From Octopus sinensis (Eukaryota), in NCBI RefSeq assembly GCF_006345805.1, contig NW_021826960.1, positions 1-11,300 of the forward strand: a DNA stretch of 11,300 nucleotides. The letters run 5' to 3'. The position numbers and the translations under genes are program-made. Below the pieces are notes generated by a model, which was not told the origin of the DNA, searched no databases, and saw only the letters and a list, made by a program, of their open reading frames with translations. Numbering within the stretch: the first letter of the stretch is position 1; each line of letters begins with the position of its first letter. Shown in pieces: positions 8,140-11,300 of the stretch.

Positions 8140-9750
8140 GAGTTCAAAAGAGTGATATTAGAGTTGCTGCAATTAGAAACGGTAAACTTCTGCATCTTCG
8201 TTCTGGTAAATTTTATTCTGATTATACTAGCTCTATAAGCAGTGATGTCCTCGACGCAACTTTAGCAAATTCTTTTAATGCTGTCTCCCAGAAAAAATAT
8301 TATATCTATGGGCGATAGAAAAATTCTTATTCGTACGGATTAGGAAAATTTTGGTAACGTTGGCGACATTAGTTTAGTCAGCAGAAAGAATATTTTAAAA
8401 TAATTTTGGTAACAGTATAGAAAAAACTACAAAACCTGCAAAAATAGAACAATGCTAAAACTATCTTCAGCTGTTTTAGCATCAATAATATCAAACATAA
8501 TTCTAGAAGTATCCAGTTTGACATTGTTGAATATCTCTCTTCCAATTCTAAATTCCCACTCAACAAACAGCTAGAATTCCTTATATCTTATAATACTATT
8601 GAAGATAACGAAACCGAAATTACCCTGCTTTCTAGAAAAACATATCAGCTTCATACAGATTCATCCTGAGTATCGGATCTAAATAGTTGTTTTGATATAA
8701 GTATGGGGGATAAATGACAGCGTAGAAACATGTGACCTTATAGGATTATATATCTCAAATATTTTAAGCAGAAAAAAAGTGGCTATATCCAAGTACACCA
8801 ACATGTACACCATTGACATATTAAAGAAAAAATTTTGTCAAACTCATTTAGTAGTTGCGATCTAAAATTAACAATCACTACAAATACGAACAATAAATTA
8901 CTTCCTAGCTATTACTCCAAATTTAATTCCAAACTTATATTAACAACTTCTTTAAATCTAATGAAAAAAGCAGCCTGCATGAGTACAGGCTTCTGCCAGC
9001 CACCTGCACTTTTCGAAAATCTTATCAACATCCGCAGACGGGTTTCTAGTTTGTCCTCAAATAAGTAAATCTTTGACAAGGCAGCCCTTTTTTATGACAA
9101 GACAGCTGATTCAAAGACCCATTTTCCTATGCACCTGATCTCCACCACCCAAATTAAGAAGAGACACCGAAACCCACTTTTTCACTAAATTCTAAGTTTA
9201 ATATCAACAAGAAATTTCTGACATTTCTCTACCATCCACAAATATAGGCAATTATTTATTAGGCATAATCTTACATTTCATTACAGTTGCACACCTGACG
9301 TGAGAAAAATTTTATACATAAACCTTCCCTTCAAACCTGAATCCTGCAATACAAGTATAAATACCAGCAGATGGTCATCAAATATGCATTATAATGCAGA
9401 AACCAACATACATGGAGATTACCTATACAGACACACAACGAAGTCATGAGTGAGATCAAGACAGAATTATGTCCAAGTTATCCTATTATTCATTAGAATT
9501 CAAAATTTTCTGATGACAAAATCAGATATGAGATCAGTAAAAGGTCAATGGACTGCAGAAATAGGAATACAAGATGCAATCTCTGAACAGCTGAAAAAAG
9601 TTTCATTCTTAAAACCAGTATAATACTGACTAATACTAGAATGCATAATCCAAAATTTTTACAAAATATCGACATTTTGACCTTTTGTTACATAAATGGA
9701 GCTGGTCACCTGTTTCAAAGCAAATACACTAACGTTCTTAAAATGTGCAC
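8140..9750 (+). mobile_element. Decayed Penelope-like element (RT + C-terminal GIY-YIG endonuclease)
   Basis: Colinear degenerate PLE motifs: D*ENF (~8337), IQFDIVEY (~8511), SRKT..S*V..FDISMG/NDSVETCDLIGLYI (8631-8754, 1-bp frameshift; compare FDVTMGSYDGAEVCELVGLYI), LKLTI, QPP..RRRVSSLSS, NPLF, NINKKFL, YSCTP, CN (9344), TYMEIT (9406; GIY-YIG second motif), RCNL*TAEK (9572-9598), ELVTC. The 5' boundary is uncertain. Confidence 0.85.
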
Positions 9751-9753
9751 ATA

Positions 9754-9754
<1 letters not shown>

Positions 9755-9822
<68 letters not shown>
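9755..9822. repeat. (TA)n-(GA)n
   Basis: Directly visible. Confidence 0.95.
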
Positions 9823-9824
<2 letters not shown>

Positions 9825-10123
9825 CACAATGGCTCAGTGGTTAGGGTAGCGGACTCGCGTTCGTGGGATCGCGGTTTCGATTCCCAGACCGGGCGTTGTG
9901 AGTGCTTATTGAGCGAAAACACCTAGAGCTCCACGAGGTTCCGGCAGGGGTTTGGTGGCGAACTCTGCTGTACTCTTTCACCACAACTTTCTCTCACGCT
10001 TTCTTCCTGTTTCTGTTGTACCTGTATTTTTGGAAGAGCCAGCCTTGTCACACTCCGTGTCACGCTGAATCTCCCCGAGGACTACGTTAAGAGTACACGT
10101 GTCAGTGTAGTGTTCAGTCACTT
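9821..10123 (+). mobile_element. tRNA-derived SINE, family D head with family B tail, 3'-truncated
   Basis: A-box TGGCTCAGTGG and B-box-like GGTTTCGATTCC. The first ~185 bp match 10775-10970; ~10015-10123 matches the tail of 727-966 and 1001-1303. Confidence 0.85.
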
Positions 10124-10168
10124 ATATATATATAGAAGAGCATTGTGTATTGTTTGTAAATAATAAAC

Positions 10169-10394
10169 AGTTTTGAATGGTACAACAATGCACTATAATA
10201 AAGACAATGTGTTATATACCTGTTGTAAATTAGTCATCCATAGTCTGATAATATTTTGGAATAATATTCCTTCTTCGCGACTAAGAATATCTGAAGAAGG
10301 AATATTATTGCGAAATATCATATCAGACTATGGATGACTAATTTACAACAGGTAATTGTCTATATTATAGTGCGTTGTTGTATCATTCAAAACT
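10169..10394. repeat. Fold-back palindrome: 108/102-bp arms, 16-nt loop
   Basis: Arms 10169-10276 and 10293-10394; by hand 95/100 aligned positions are identical, with 8-nt and 2-nt indels; loop 10277-10292. Confidence 0.95.
10287..10323 (+). ncRNA. Minimal type-I hammerhead ribozyme motif
   Basis: Helix I AUAU 10287-10290 / AUAU 10320-10323; CUGAAGA 10291-10297; extra A; helix II GGAAU-AUU-AUUGC 10299-10311 (one mismatch; the opposite arm reads AUUCC); GAAA 10312-10315; UA-UC, giving a palindromic AUAU helix III and cleavage after C10319. Confidence 0.75.
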
Positions 10395-10444
10395 TTATAT
10401 ATATATATATATATATACATACATACATATATATAATATATATA

Positions 10445-10495
<51 letters not shown>

Positions 10496-10652
10496 ATATA
10501 TTATATATATACATCTATATATATATATATATACATATATATACATATTAGATATATATATATACATATATATACATATATATATATATATATACATATA
10601 TATACTATATATATATATTATATATTATATATATATATATTATATATTATAT
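10395..10652. repeat. Long imperfect (TA)n
   Basis: Directly visible. Confidence 0.95.
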
Positions 10653-10755
10653 AGTTAATCCAAACAAGAAAACACAAAAAAAAAAAACACACCAACGCGA
10701 GGACGTGGAACAAATAAAGTATTATTGGACGCTCAGTAAAGAAGGGAAGAAGGAA
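10652..10755 (-). mobile_element. Second copy of the pLTR-like fragment at 2190-2350, lacking the hammerhead
   Basis: The reverse complement 'ttccttcttcccttctttactgagcgtccaataatactttatttgttccacgtcctcgcgttg...tttggattaacta' aligns to ~2262-2350. Confidence 0.7.
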
Positions 10756-10774
10756 CATACATACATACATATGT

Positions 10775-11029
10775 GGAGGCGCAATGGCCCAGTGGTTAGG
10801 GCAGCGGACTCACGGTCATAGGATCGCGGTTTCGATTCCCAGACCGGGCGTTGTGAGTGTTTATTGAGCGAAAATACCTTAAGCTCCACGAGGCTCCGGC
10901 AGGGAGTGGTGGCGATCCATGCCGGTGCTGCTGTACTCTTTCACCCCAACTTTCTCTCACTCTTTCTTCTGTTGGCCTGCTCGCTTAGCCAGCGGGGTGG
11001 CGTCATTTGAGGGCTAAAACAATGCGAAG
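10775..11029 (+). mobile_element. tRNA-derived SINE, family D head with a different tail, ending abruptly
   Basis: A-box TGGCCCAGTGG 10785-10795 and B-box-like GGTTTCGATTCCC 10828-10840. Matches 9821-10005, then diverges. Confidence 0.85.
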
Positions 11030-11032
11030 AAC

Positions 11033-11300
11033 ATGGATTGGATCTGTAGTCTTCGAATTAGCTTTCCCATTTCTGATTTAGAGAAGACTAATTTCTCAAG
11101 ATTGGTATTTAGGCAGTGTGTTACATATCCCAGGGCTCCAATAATTACAGGTATGAACCTGAACTTGTACTCTGGATAGAGTAACTGCAGATTCCTCAAT
11201 AGCTCAGCATAGATGTTCTTCTTTTCACTCATCGTCAGCTTTATATTTACATCCGCTGGGAAGCTAATTTCCACAAACTGTGCACAGTTTCTTCACTATC
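11033..11300 (-). mobile_element. Non-LTR retrotransposon RLE domain C-terminus (R4/Dong/Hero-like), runs off the window
   Basis: ORF 11014..11274 gives VEISFPADVNI..EK..Y.EL..L..LYP.YKF.FIPVIIGALG.V, the typical RLE tail. KLCTV lies upstream across a 1-bp frameshift. Confidence 0.85.

Noticed and set aside
8124-8318. 64-aa ORF as a host gene
   Set aside because: Contiguous with the PLE remnant and better explained as its decayed N-terminal RT region.
10775-10850. tRNA genes at the SINE heads (also 172, 1372, 9821)
   Set aside because: A/B boxes are present, but there is no complete cloverleaf and each continues into a repeat body.

Overview
AT-rich, repeat-saturated eukaryotic DNA, intronic or intergenic. 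I recognise the SINE families and microsatellite mix from memory as Octopus-like (cephalopod); this was not verified by a search. No complete gene is present. Almost all listed ORFs are microsatellite artefacts; the real coding remnants are retroelements. The window holds: (1) seven or eight tRNA-headed SINE copies built from shuffled head and tail modules; (2) a decayed Penelope-like element (PLE; RT + GIY-YIG) at ~8140-9750; (3) two fragments of restriction-like-endonuclease (RLE) LINEs; (4) a TA-flanked MITE candidate; (5) one or two candidate small exons; (6) long simple repeats. The most notable signal is two minimal type-I hammerhead ribozyme motifs of the PLE-associated kind, at 2227-2262 and 10287-10323. 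The second sits in one arm of a 226-bp, ~95% identical fold-back palindrome bracketed by (TA)n.
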